Shown: piece by piece, positions 1 to 14,286 of the stretch
Numbering within the stretch: position 1 is the first letter of the stretch
Layout of the letters: each line of letters starts with the position of its first letter
Source: Octopus vulgaris
Taxonomy: Eukaryota
Length of the DNA stretch: 64,000 bases
Reading direction: 5' to 3'
Assembly: GCA_951406725.2 (NCBI GenBank)
Contig: OX597826.1
Location: forward strand, 21,080,001-21,144,000
Notes under the pieces: generated by a model
What the model saw: the letters and a program-made list of their open reading frames with translations, nothing else
The model's database searches: none
Told to the model about the DNA's origin: nothing
Made by a program: the position numbers and the translations under genes

Positions 1-432
1 AATCCCAGCATGCTACACAATAGACATATATATTCAACTTCAGCTCAAAGTCCCTGGAAGTGGGGTGGAAGTCTTTGAGAGGGATCTTTCATGAGTCAAA
101 GCCTTAATCTGTTGCCTGATTCAGTAGTACCAGGTAACATTGGTGGAGTTCATCCTGTTGCAAGCAATCAGACCAGGTCTTCGGTCTGAGAATATCTTGA
201 TTCTTTATTCACTGTTAACTCGGTGACTCTGAAAGGGGCCAAAAATGGCGGCCGAAGTCATTCTAAAAAAAATCAATAGACGTCATAGCCATGTAAATTT
301 AAATATAGGAAGAGACTGAATTATTCCTGGTTTTGGTGGTGGGAGTCTTCGATATAAATTCTGATGAACGAGCAGCAGTTTCTAAATTGTTTTAAGTGCG
401 TGTGTGTGTGTGTATATATATATATAAATATA

Positions 433-877
<445 letters not shown>

Positions 878-895
878 ATATGTGTGTGTATGTAT

Positions 896-940
<45 letters not shown>

Positions 941-944
<4 letters not shown>

Positions 945-1209
945 ATAAAGGGCTTAGTAAAATAAATTACTTTGCCACATACTGAACTCATTAGAAATAG
1001 CAGCCCAAAAAAATTTTTTTAGCCATTTCTAATACTTAAAGAAAATTTCTCTCAGATAGTGTTTACTCAAAATAGCTATTTTGAGTAAACACTATCTGAG
1101 AGAAATTTTCTTTAAGTATTAGAAATGGCTAAAAAAATTTTTTTGGCTGCTATTTCTAATGAGTTCAGTATGTGGCAAAGTAATTTATTTTACTAAGCCC
1201 TTTATAAAA
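941..1209. repeat. Spacerless ~270-bp palindrome in (TA)n, with ~90-bp unpaired tail to ~1301
   Basis: 941-1075 is the reverse complement of 1076-1209 apart from a 1-bp indel; centre aatag|ctatt. Confidence 0.95.
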
Positions 1210-1300
1210 TGTAATATTTTGAATTCGCCTTAAATGGTCCCTTTACATACTGAATACTTGGTGAAATTGATTAATAATTAATTAATTTTACCCTCAATTG

Positions 1301-1470
<170 letters not shown>

Positions 1471-1471
1471 G

Positions 1472-1509
<38 letters not shown>

Positions 1510-1510
<1 letters not shown>

Positions 1511-2802
1511 GAGGGGCGTTCAATAAGTAATGCCCCTGACCCACTTCCCACAGCAGTAGAGCAACGAAACTTGGCACAGTTATTAGTCTTTTTCTACATA
1601 GAAACCACCCAGAGTTACGCATTTCTCCCATCGTTTGATGCAGCTCTGGAGACCTTTTTTTTTTTTAAAGACCCCAGCTTGGTCCTCCAACCACGACGTG
1701 ACTTCAGAAATCAAGGCTGCATCATCTGGGAAACGCTTTCCTTTCAAAAACAACATCATGGCTGGGAAGAGGTGAAAATCCGAGGGTGCAAGGTCAAGAG
1801 AGTAGGGGCATGGGGGAGGAGTTCATAGCCGCACGCTTGTGCTTCTGATCTGGCGACCATCGAGTTGTGGACCGGAGCGTTGTCCTGCAGGAGGAGGATG
1901 CCTTTGCTGATCTTGCCCCGCCTCTTGATTTTGATAGCTTCTCTTAATTTCATCAAAAGTGAAGCATAATAGGCTCCTGTAATTGTGGTACCCCTTGCCA
2001 GGAAATCTGTCATCACTACTCCGTCCTGGTCCCAGAAGACTGTGAGCATGACCTTGCTAGCGGAGGGCTGCACCCCTGCCTTCTTTGGAGGAGGTGAGTC
2101 ACGGTGCTTCCACTGCATTGACTGGGCTTTTGTCTCTGGATCATAGTGATGGACCCAGGTTTCATCCTGTGTAATCAGTCTTTTGAAAAATTTTGACTCA
2201 TCTTCTTGGCACATCTCCAAATTCATCCTCGAGCACTCGACGCGTTCTTGCTTCCAGAAAGGTGTGAGCAACCTGGGAATCCATCTGGCAGACACCGTTT
2301 GCATATGCAAATGGTCATGAATGATTGGTTTCCACAGACCCGGTACTAATCTTGACCTCATGGGCTATTTGGCGAATAGTTATGCGTCGATCTTCCAAAA
2401 TGGCAGCCTCAACTTGATGGACAGATGCCTCATCAATAGCAGTAGGAGGGCGACCAGATCTGGGAGCTGTTTCCATAGAGTTCCGACCATGTTTGAATTC
2501 ACAATGCCAGCGTTTTACAAGGTCATATGATGGGGCATCATCACCATAAGTTACTTTCATTTCATCAAAAGTCTCCCGTGGTGTGCGTCCTTTCAAATAT
2601 AAAAAGTGGATCACTGCCCGACACTCAACAGGCTCCATTTCACACTTGACTCAGTTCAAACACCTGTAAATCAGAAACCACAATTAGTTCAGAGCTGTAA
2701 TTTACCACTTAATCTATAGAGATATAAATAATTGCACATGCAATTTCAGCTAGATCAAACAACTGCAAGTGGGTCAGAGGCATTACTTATTGAACGCCCC
2801 TC

Positions 2803-2803
<1 letters not shown>
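1510..2803 (-). mobile_element. Near full-length mariner DNA transposon inserted in (TA)n
   Basis: TIRs cgaggggcgttcaataagtaatgcccctgacccactt / aagtgggtcagaggcattacttattgaacgcccctcg, TA flanks, 1294 bp, internal transposase. Confidence 0.97.
1583..2638 (-). pseudogene. Frameshifted mariner (DD34D-type) transposase
   Basis: ORFs 2315-2638 and 1756-2361 carry GRP, WIPRLL, TQDETW and LLQDNAPVH; [10 protein letters not shown] and the C-terminal RWEKCV..GG.YVEKD are in shifted frames. Confidence 0.93.
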
Positions 2804-2847
<44 letters not shown>

Positions 2848-2876
2848 AATATGTACATATTTACATAAAAGACTAA

Positions 2877-3140
2877 AGACTTCTTCGGTGGCGAATGACC
2901 ATACATTTGCAGCTAACAAGTTCCCCTCCGGTGCACAGGTCCGCGTAAGATTGTTTGTAGAAGACTAGCAGTCACCCATACATACTAGTCTCCCCTCTCC
3001 GTGGCACCAATATTGTCCAAGGGAAAGTTAAAGGACGATACAGCTTGGCACCAGTGACTTTGAAACTCATTTGCGACGTAAAATAAAGCACGGCTTCATG
3101 ATTGTAAGCCCGATGCTCTAACCATTGAGCCATACACCTT

Positions 3141-3141
<1 letters not shown>
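2877..3141 (-). mobile_element. Degenerate tRNA-derived SINE (family B)
   Basis: Aligns by eye with 6151-6490 (gaatgaccat, gatacagcttggcacc, tgagccat..accttc) with internal deletions. Confidence 0.75.
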
Positions 3142-3375
<234 letters not shown>

Positions 3376-3467
3376 CAGTGCATCCCTCTAGAATGTATAT
3401 CTGCGTGTTTTTTTATTCTGATTATGTTTTCGTGTTTGTATGTGTGTATTTATGTATATGTGCCTAC

Positions 3468-3498
<31 letters not shown>

Positions 3499-4273
3499 TA
3501 CTCGCAGACACATCGCATAGACGCAAATATACACACACATTGGCACACACGCGTCCTCACACACAAACACACACACACAAAAACACACACACACACACAC
3601 ACGCACATACACACATGTACAATTAGTTAAAATATACGAGGGTTTTGAAAAAGCTAGATTTATTTGTATTTGCTTAAATGTTTTGTTTTTAAAAACTTTA
3701 TTCGGACAATTAGGATAAATTCATGACGAAATACTAACGGAAATCATTAGCAGCGCGTTCAGTCATGCTTCACTGCTAACCACTGTCAGATATACTGTGC
3801 AGAAATGCCTGCTTATCTGGTAGTCATTAGAACGAGCGCAATCCTTGATAACCAGCACTTTCTACTATCAAACAAAGTATCTAATCCTGCCATAGACACG
3901 AGTAAAAGTGCCAGTATCTTATTGCAAGCCACATTCTCGTATCTAATTGTATAATTCTGGAACTTAAACAGAATTTAAATGTCTGTTATTTTCTAATTTA
4001 AAACAAATGTTTTTGTCAATTTGTTGGCAACGGCTTAAATTGCTCACAATGTATCTGTGTGGGTTTGAAAAAACGCATGTCAGGCGATAGATAATGAGCC
4101 ATATGAACGTGCGTTATTTAAACGAAATACACTCTTAATTATGAGGCAGATTTGACCCTAAAATGAAACCTGCCACAAGCAAATTTACTGTCTGTATTTA
4201 TTAGCAGCATTGATAATAAGTTAACATGCTTCTATAAAGTATGGAGATTGTTTGGAAATTCATAGAATTCTTC

Positions 4274-4394
<121 letters not shown>

Positions 4395-4692
4395 ACATTA
4401 TCGAAACACTTGCCCAGATATATTTTCCTGATTTATCTATCTAATTACGCTAAATTCAACCTTGCTATTTGCAATGTCCAATTTCTATTTAATTTTAGAT
4501 TCTCGCTATCATCATATTTCCTCGGTTGAAGGCCGTAAACATCACATGTTTCTTATTAAATACAAAACAGATCTGAATGTCTAATTTAATGGATATGATT
4601 ACTAAAATGTTCGCAAGTTTCCACCGAAATTACAGTAAAAATAGATTTTTGGCACAAAAAAGTTAAATTTTGAAAACCTCATCTGTGTGCGA

Positions 4693-4774
<82 letters not shown>

Positions 4775-5365
4775 TTACAATTTTGTGATTAATGTCCCAC
4801 AACTTTGACTAAAGAATGACTACTTCCATGCGTCCGCCTTATCATTCTCTCTCAATTTTTTATTGTTTTAATTTGTCTTCCAAACTAGAATCTTCTTTCT
4901 CTTTTTAAAGCTTTATTCGATTGTGAATATTTATCTCCTTTGGAAATAATTTGATACCCACTCGCTGAATACTTTTCTTAACTTATCTTTCAAAGTAGAA
5001 TTACCATTTTTAATGTGATTCAAGAACTTCATGTTAGTAAACAACTGGAATATATTTGGTAAATGCCAAAATCTTCTGGCAATGAAGTTGCATGTATTAT
5101 TTCAGGTGTTGCTCGTTTTATAGAACATCTCCACAACTGAATCCGTCACTGTAGATTTTAACCAACATTGGACGTGACACATGAGTGTAAACGTTTTGAC
5201 GTTCTTTGAAATAGCTTTATGGATAAATATCGTATATAAATACTGGGTGTATACAAGGTGTATACAGATGCCCACACATACAGGGTTGACTAAACTCAAT
5301 CGTATTTCTATATTTTATAGTACAGCGTCTAGCATTGAATTACACTTGTTTAAGAGAACTAAAAC

Positions 5366-5412
<47 letters not shown>

Positions 5413-5413
5413 T

Positions 5414-5488
<75 letters not shown>

Positions 5489-5492
<4 letters not shown>

Positions 5493-5690
5493 GGCGAATA
5501 CTCGTTATAAATATCACCACCAGTGGCCTAGCATGTATAAAAAGTCAATAGACAACATATTCGTATTTCAAAATAGAAAATTACCTGTTAAAGGGTAATT
5601 TTCTATTTTGAAATACGAATATGTTGTCTATTGACTTTTTATACATGCTAGGCCACTGGTGGTGATATTTATAACGAGTATTCGCCACCC
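5489..5690. repeat. Perfect inverted repeat, 97-bp arms, 8-bp spacer, in (TA)n
   Basis: 5489-5585 is the reverse complement of 5594-5690; spacer tgttaaag. Confidence 0.96.
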
Positions 5691-5705
5691 TATATATATA
5701 TATAT

Positions 5706-6113
5706 GTACCTTATGAATATGTTCTTAGCATTATCGAAGTTTCAGCTCGGCATTGTATCTATTGCTGACTGTAAATGCGCCTGCGCGCGATATTTGAAAA
5801 ATTATAGCATATAATGATGGGACACGTGTTATCTTGTCTCTGAATTATAAGTTAGTTGTTTAGGCCGGTTACTGACGAGAATTCGCCTGGTATATAATAT
5901 GGTCTTGCTAAATTATCTATTAAAAGATGGCAAGCGATATTATTCGCTCAAAAAATTCGAAACCATGGTATAACCGTTATATAACAAGGTAAAGGTTTTT
6001 ATTTTTCATTTACTTCGAAATTTGCTATAAAATTGTGGTTTTTGGTCGTGTTAGCTGCTATTTCTAGCATGTAAAAATTACCTGTTAAAGGGTAATTTTC
6101 TATTTTGAAATAC

Positions 6114-6114
<1 letters not shown>
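5706..6114 (+). mobile_element. Non-coding HHR-bearing element (Penelope-like pLTR or retrozyme) between (TA)n tracts
   Basis: Contains the hammerhead at 5866-5976; its last 41 bp (6074-6114) are identical to 5577-5617 of the adjacent palindrome. Confidence 0.7.
5866..5976 (+). ncRNA. Type I hammerhead ribozyme with a large stem-II insertion
   Basis: Stem I cggtta/taaccg; core CTGACGA 5872-5878; stem II gaatt/aattc around 70 nt; GAAAC-catg-GTA 5959-5970. Confidence 0.88.
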
Positions 6115-6150
<36 letters not shown>

Positions 6151-6152
<2 letters not shown>

Positions 6153-6490
6153 AGACCCCTTTTTGATCATGAATGACCATGGGATTGCCTTTAGAAAGTT
6201 CCCTTTCGAGGCACAAGTCCAGGCAAGGTTGTTTATGGAAGACCAACAGTCGCCCATGCATACCAGCCTCTCCTCTCCACACCACTGATGTTAACCAAGT
6301 GAAAGGCAAAGGGGCCGATACAGCTTGGCACCTGTGACGTCGCAACTCATTTCTACAGCTGAATGAACTGGAGCAACGAGAAATAAAGTGTTTTGTTCAA
6401 GAATACAACACGCAACCCGGTCCGGGAATCGAACTCACAACCTCATGATCGTAAGCTCCACTCTCTAACCGCTGAGCCATGCACCTTCAC
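6151..6490 (-). mobile_element. tRNA-derived SINE (family B)
   Basis: Minus-strand head gtgaaggtgcatggctcagcggttag...gagttcgattccc (A and B boxes); ends in (TA)n. Confidence 0.85.
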
Positions 6491-7749
6491 ATATATATGT
6501 ATATATGTGTGTGTGTATGTGTGTGTTTTATATTGAAACAAAATCCGATTAATTCACCAGTAATTTATTGATTATATCATTCAAATACGGTTTTAGTTGA
6601 ATAATATTAAGGCCGCAATTTACTCACACACAGCATCTTCAGAGCTTTGTCACAAATTCAATTATTAACTAAATTGAAAACTGTTACCATTTTTGAAGAG
6701 GAATGGTCCCTAGCTACATTTTGGCATTAAAAAAATTGAGATTTGGTCCAGTAGAAAAATATTTACATCAAAATTTGTAGCAACGTTATAGGAGAGTAAG
6801 TAACACCTCCAATCAAGTTTAGATATAGCTTTTATATTTTAAAAGCAAAATATATTTATCTTAGCTTCAATGATAGAAGAAAGCATGGGGAATTTCATAG
6901 TTTTGGTTTCATGCAACAAAAATTTGTATCAAAAAAGTTGTGAGGTAAAATACCATGCAAAAAAATATAATTAAGACAAAAAATTGGATTTAAGTATAAT
7001 TGACTTTTTTATTTTAAAAGCAAACTATTATTTAATTAAGCTTAAATGATAGAGCTCAATTCGAGGGATTTCGTGGCATCAATTTCACGCAATGAAGTTT
7101 TGAATGAAAAAAGTTATGAGTGTTTGTTTCTGAAATTTGAGGGCGACAATATAATTCTGTACTTTTTTACGAATATAGTTCTACAAGGGGACTTTTAATA
7201 TATGTCACCGGCATCATTAAAGTAAGGAAAAATTTCTCAACAACACCGCTAATTTGCAATTATTTTAGCTAATCTTGTTCTTATTTTTTAGATTAAAACT
7301 TTTTGTATTATTTTAATTCTGTAATAATAATAATCCAATCACAAAACTGAAAAAAATAAAACTGTTATTGAGAAATTTATTAAATTCATTATTCAATTTT
7401 CAATAAGATAAAATCTTAAATTGTTAATTGACACATTATTAATTAGCATAATAGCATAACCTGGAAAAGAATGGATTACATGGGAAAATGCGAGCAAGAG
7501 AAATAAGATTATAAACCTAGAAAAGTACAGGACAAATTATTACATCTGGTAAAGTACAGAACAAGAAAATTTCTACTTAAAATTAATTATGTGGAATTTT
7601 TCGAAATTCTTCGGATCAATTAATTATGTCTTAGCTGATAGAATAAGAAATTATTTTTAACGATTAAAATATAAAATTCAAAATAATTACAGATGTTTAT
7701 GATAATGAAATTGATTTTCTGAGAAACGACTTCGAAAAGTATTCGATTG

Positions 7750-7895
7750 CTCGGCAGAATCGCTAGAGGGGCCGACAAAATGATCTGCAGTGATGGTCCC
7801 GACTCTTTACGTTCTGAGTTCAATTCCTGCCCAGGTCAACGCTGCCCTTTATCATGCTGAGGTCGATACAATAATGTACTTGCGGGGTCGATTGC
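7750..7895 (+). mobile_element. Degenerate SINE (family C)
   Basis: ggcagaatcgctag...acgttctgagttcaa...ggtcgatacaataatgtac, matching the better copy at 45931-46166. Confidence 0.7.
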
Positions 7896-7919
7896 AACCA
7901 CGCACAGCAAGCAGCGCCG

Positions 7920-9110
7920 AATGATGGGAGTGAACGGTAACCCCGCGGAACCATTTCATACCATGTGCTCAATCTGTCAGGAGTGAAGTCTCTCACCTCT
8001 AAGTGCTGGGTCTCCAGCCACTTCTGTTGAAGATGGAACAGTTGAGAAGCGAAGTGATTAAATTGGTCGGAGTCTGGTTCGATCCGCACCGCCGGGTAGA
8101 CCGGTACTGAGACGAGGTAGAAATAAGCAAGATAGAAATAAGTCGAGAGAAAGCTTTCTCATAAGTGTCGAGCAGAGGTAAAGGATGCCAACATCACCTT
8201 CATCATTGATAAGATTGGAATGCTTGCTCTTCTGCTTCTTGTGAAAATAATGCGCTCCATCAGTCAAACCACGGCACTTCGAACCTTTTTGCAAGGCAAG
8301 CTTGGCATACTGTGGCTGCTGACGTACACACACGCTGAGGTTACACCGCTTGTAGAGATTCGTGGATGGTGAGCGGATGTGTCCTCCGTTTGTAGACACA
8401 TCTTTTCACAGCACATCTTTCGACGCAAAAGCGATTGCGGGGTTTGGCTCCTGGAATGCTGTTAGGCATTCAGTGAAGTTCAAATCGAGCAACATATAGA
8501 AAAGTGGAGGATGAAAAAAACAGTGATGTCCTGGAGAAGACCATAGGGTTCGACTATTATGGATAATTTCTAGAAACATTTCGCCACTTAGGGACAATCC
8601 CTGTTTGCGATAAAGTATGTAGGCATGCAAGTATGGTCATTGGAGCCTCTCCGTGAAGCGCGTACAGCGATGTGACCGTACCGCATGCATTCGTTCAGTA
8701 TCCGAGCATTATTGATTTATGGAATTATGTTGAACAGCTGTTGTTGTCTGTCGGATAGATCCGGTTATTTGCTAAGATCATTCCGAAACCATTCAGTCAC
8801 CTTCCTTTAACAGGACAGAGTAAGCAATGCCCTGGCGGCAGTGAAGAAGGTTCTGTAGTGGACGACGCTGAAAAGTTTAAGAATAGTCACCTTCCTCTTT
8901 GGTCAAGCCTCCATCGACATTTTAAGTTACACTTATAAAGTAAGGTGAGGGTGGAGAGGAAGGTGAGGGTGGAGAGGAAGGTGAGGGTGGAGAGGAAGGT
9001 GAGGGTGGAGAGGGAGGTGCTCTCCTTCAGCTGAATTTGTCGAAAAGAGGGAGACCGTGGGAAAACGGTTAAAATAGATGGATCTTATCTAACATGTGTC
9101 CGAAGACTGA
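7920..9110 (+). mobile_element. Old, degraded 3' portion of an L1/Tx1-like LINE
   Basis: IKLVGVWFDP and RKLSHKCRAEV parallel ELLGVWFGP and RKLSLKGRAEV of the 13934-18815 element; KVRVEREVLS near 8940-9020 parallels KVRVGRQVLS. Confidence 0.75.
8942..9013 (+). repeat. 18-bp tandem repeat x4 (aaggtgagggtggagagg)
   Basis: Four exact copies inside the old LINE. Confidence 0.95.
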
Positions 9111-9812
9111 AGAAAGTTAACTTGGGTCTGTGGTGTCCCTTGACTGACCCTAGTTCGAGATCCTCCTGTATCAGGCGGGCTGCCTCGTCCATATATTTAT
9201 ATATTCGTATATTATGTATATTTTAGACGCTTTTTCTTCCTCATCCAATGTAAACACTCACACCATATGTAACTTGGCTTTCTAAAACACTCTTCAACCG
9301 ACGCCTTTGCGACAAAAAAAATGTTGCTAATTGTCGTCGTCGTCGTCGTCGTCACCCGAACTATTTCTTTCATCTCTTTCACCAGCTGAGTGTTTACAAA
9401 CCAACAAGGGTCCTCAGCTTGGTCGGTCGATCTGCTAGGTATAACAACCAAATTTCTCTCAAACAACACCCTGCATATCGTTTTTAAAAAGGCAGGCACA
9501 CTGGATAATTTAGTCATATACATACATTATATCAAACTGAAAGATAAGAGGGATTCGGTTAGAATACTTTCAAACATTTAATCTGTTCGATTGTAGTTGG
9601 CCTAGGGTTAAATAACAACACATACATACGAATGCGAAACTTCCTCAATAAATTGAATGGTTTCACTGCATCATTATATTTCAGTCTTGATATCGATGAG
9701 TTTGATTTTTCACACAAAATGAACGAATAAATTTAAATCTGTGTTCATAAATGGAAATATTTCCCTTAGAAAATCATTTGAGTTTGAGAGAGACAGACAA
9801 AGAGCACGGAAC

Positions 9813-9947
9813 GAGAGAGACAGACATGCAGAGAGAGTGGAGTGAGAGAGACAGACATGCAGAGAGAGTGGGGTGAGAGAGACAGACATGCAGAGAGAGT
9901 GGGGTGAGAGAGACAGACATGCAGAGAGAGTGGGGTGAGAGAGACAG
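9813..9947 (+). repeat. 31-bp minisatellite, about 4 copies
   Basis: gagagagacagacatgcagagagagtgg(a/g)gt with period 31. Confidence 0.92.
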
Positions 9948-10699
9948 AGGTCAGAATGAACGAGATATCAACTAAAAGTATTATAAAATGTTTCTAGAAA
10001 TTCATTGCAGATTGTCAAAGGGAATTTATAATTTCTGTTGTTTTGTCAAGATGGACAATTAAATAGACTTTAGCCAAGCAAAAACTGCACTAAACTCTCC
10101 CTGTTATATTCCAGAAAGTCGTGAACCGTAAAATTGTAAATTAACTCCTTCCTTCGAGTGTCACGGCAGCAATAATGAGAATATATTCCCAGAAAATAAC
10201 TCACAGATTTTGACAGAATGTTCATTAACTTGTAGCTAGCTGGGGAGAGAAACAACGATCACAGTCTGCCAGGTCCATCTAATCCAGTCGTGAATCTAAT
10301 AAAAGAACGGCTTCTAAGGGCAGCCATCTTGATCAGAAGATCAGTAAATATTTAATGAGGAAAGATTGCTCGGACAATCTTGGCTGAGATATAGTTATGG
10401 CGGCAGCTTACAGAAGTTACGAGTTGTGTACAAATACACAACTTAAACTGTCATTATACGCACAACGCTAAAACTTTACTAATTCTATTGTAAACACACA
10501 CACACTGATGTAATGATGTAATTTCCCACAAAGTCTATCATTGCCTTTGTGTCAGTCATCATTTTCATCATCGTCGTCGTCGTCGTCCTCGTCGTCATCA
10601 TCATCATCATCGTCATCATCATCATCATCGTCATCATCATCATTATCGTCATCTCATAGCAAAGATAATCAATTGTGGTATTCCGACGACAAGCAGAAA

Positions 10700-10870
10700 T
10701 GACATGGCAGAAACGGTAGAGCGTCTGAGAATGAAACAGTTTGCAGATCATTATAGTCAGAGTTCAAATTTTATTGCGGACGATCTCACATTTTATCCTC
10801 TTGGGGTCGATAAAATAAATACCAGTGAAAAATTGGGGACGGTGGGGACAACGTCCTTGAATTAGAAATC
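10700..10870 (+). mobile_element. Degenerate SINE (family C)
   Basis: tggcagaaacggtagagcgtc...gagttcaaat...ggggtcgataaaataaataccag. Confidence 0.65.
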
Positions 10871-11069
10871 ACTGTTTTAGATCCACGCTGTATTCTAAAT
10901 ATCGTGGCGATGGTGGGTGTTATTGTAGTTTTTGGTGTTGTGGTGTAATATGGTGGGAGAAGTAGAAAACGAAAGCCAACCATAAGAAATATGTCCGTCA
11001 TTGATACATGATGGCAATTACAAAAGAAAAGAGCCGAGTTCTTTAGAGAATAAGAAATAAGTATGTGTG

Positions 11070-11111
<42 letters not shown>

Positions 11112-11666
11112 AGAGAGAGAGAGAGATTTAGTAAAACATCGTCATAGAATGTAAAAGTTCATAAACAAGGCAAGATATTCGATATAAATCACTTTCCGAG
11201 CAAATCACAATAAAGTAGACATTTCGAGGGCATCCATTTGTAATAGATCATCTGTCATAACAACTCGGTGATAGTGAGTTCAGTGTGCAGTAACAATATA
11301 CCACTCCTCATCAGCTTCACCTGAATTAACTCCTTCTTCATCTGCTTGCTTCCTTCTTTAGATCTTATTCCACTTCACACTTTATCACTGTCACCTTCCA
11401 ACGGACTCTTTCCAATCACTTTCTACACACAATTCCTTTGCTTTCTCCCCACCTCTCTCTCTCCCTTTCTCTTTCTCTCTCTCTCTCCCTCTATCTTTCT
11501 CTCTCTCTCCCTCTCTCTTTCTCTCTCTCTCTCTCATTTTCTTCTCTTGCTGTCTTCTTTCTATCATGTCCTTCTTTCTTTCCTTCCATCACTTTCATCT
11601 TTCCAAAACTAATCAACAAACGTTTCCAGTCAACTTTACGATGAACGAATTCATAAGGAGAATTAA

Positions 11667-11768
<102 letters not shown>

Positions 11769-11842
11769 AGTCACTCTACTCTGTCCTTCTCTCTTTGTTC
11801 TACACTTTACATACATACATACACATATGCATACATACAAAC

Positions 11843-11893
<51 letters not shown>

Positions 11894-12541
11894 CCCTCAC
11901 TTTGTGTATGCGTGTGTGTCTCTCTCTTTATCTCTCTTTTCTCTCTCTCTCCCTCTCTCTTTCCACTCTCATCTATCCATTTATCTCTCTTCCTCCTCAC
12001 TCCCCACCACCACATCCACCACCACCCACCATCATTCCCACCGCCATTTCCAATTGTCTTATCTCTCTATTTTGCTGTTATATTTCCTTCTAGCATTTTC
12101 AACAGATATGCGGCTTTATAAAAGCAAAATAAAATAACACTTGTGTCTATTACAGGCATCACTCTTGTCATTTTTACATGTTATTTGTAATCAATGGCGA
12201 AGAAACAAGGAGAAAATTTATTACAAATGTCATATCTATTGAAGCAGTCTCTACAGCAACGTAAATCATTCATGTCTTTATCCCAGAATTGTTTGGCTTT
12301 AAATTATGTTCCTGTATTTATTGGCCTGTTTTATAGATATCACATCTTATTCCACTTCCAGCCTCCTTTCTCTCCGCAATCAAAACCGTAAACATGCTCG
12401 CATTAAGAACGATTTAAAAGTTGATGCGCACGCTTAAGCATCGATACACACAAATAGACTCACTGATTATTGTATATAACACACACGTACATACATTCAT
12501 GGGCGTAGATATATATACACACATATATATGTACATGTATA

Positions 12542-12588
<47 letters not shown>

Positions 12589-12864
12589 CTACGTATACAT
12601 ATGTATATATGCATATATTACTGTATATGTGTTTGTGTGTTAATACACCTACATATGCACATGCATATATATACACAAGCATATATATATTCGTGTGTGT
12701 GTGTGTGTATTTACATATGAATATATATATATATATATTTACATATATATATATATATATAACACACACACACACACATGTATATATATATATATATGCA
12801 TGCATACATACACACATACACACATACATACGCACATACATACATACATACATACATACATACA

Positions 12865-12896
<32 letters not shown>

Positions 12897-13824
12897 CACA
12901 TACAACAGAAGAAATAATTGAATTGTGTGAGAGCAGTGGTGTGTTAGTTAAAAGGTAAAAACGAACATATGCCCCCATAAAAAATATATCTTTCATTTCC
13001 TTGTCTCCGTCGCCAAATAAAAAGGGGTTCTAAAAAGTGACAGTGGTGCCCTTAAATAGATGAGATTTAGGAGTGGAAACTTACCCCGAACATGATCGAG
13101 TGACACCTTCCTGACAAATCTAATTTCTTCAAAATGATTACACTAATATTAAGAATTGTTCTTTTATAATTTTATTTTGTTCGTTCAAATAAACAACAAT
13201 ATAACTGTCTTGATATTTTTTCCACTCAATGCCTGCTTTAATTAGATAGGAGTTCATCAATAACATCATTTAATGACGACGAAAATGGAGGAATATAAAC
13301 ATCTTATCGTGATTATGTATCTGTGATGACAATGTTGGACCAAAGCGAACGTGTATTTCTGTATTTATCACAATTATCAAACTGGACGTTGCCACGAGGT
13401 CATTACATTGGATAAGGCAATGAAACGGCTTGTAGGGGCCAACGGTAGGGGATCATTTTAACATCGAGGTTGGGAAATGAGGATTATAAGGATAGAAGAA
13501 CCAATGGAGATGAATGTGTTTGAGGAAAATATTTTATCCTTAATTTATAAAATCCTTATTCTGAAAGTAAAATTTTATTCCTGTTAAAACCTCAACAATT
13601 CTACCGTTTTACAGAATTCGTCGGTGGCTGAGTTTCAAATATGGAAACGCCGAATGAAATTTCTCCTGGAAGAACCCAGACAGGAAACGCCTTGTGATAA
13701 AGTAACAGAGTCATTTATTCGATCAGGACTATATGGAATGGTTTCAGCTCACGTAAATTCTTTTCCATCTTATTCACACACGCACACACGTTTGCACATA
13801 CATACATACACATAAACATACATT

Positions 13825-13934
<110 letters not shown>

Positions 13935-14286
13935 TGTTTCTTTATTAGCCACATAGGGCTGCACACAGACGGGACAGATTACAGAGTAGAGCTTTTCTTT
14001 TTGGGGGAAACAAAAAAAAGGTGGGGTAGGTTTTCGATCAAAAGGGATCGTAAAAGGGAAAGAAGAAAAAAAAAGAAAAAAAGAAAAAGAAACAAAAGAA
14101 AACAAAAACGATCAATAGGGATCGTGTATCACAGTGTCATGATGTAAAGTGTAAAGGGGGAAGCAGATAAGGTTTATCGGTGGGAAGAAAAGCCTACGGA
14201 AAAGACCACGGTAACCTCGGTCAATATTGTTACATGTTACCACATTTGTTTGCAAGTAGGTAACCCTCTGTTTTAAATTTCCGGGT

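Noticed and set aside
241-252. YY1-like aaaatggcggc motif as a promoter
   Set aside because: Isolated; the same string occurs in the transposon end near 19495.
361-385. CTGATGA as a hammerhead core
   Set aside because: No stem II plus GAAA follows.
8942-9013. Short direct repeats as a CRISPR-like array (also 9813-9947, 57422-57475)
   Set aside because: Head-to-tail repeats without unique spacers in eukaryotic DNA.
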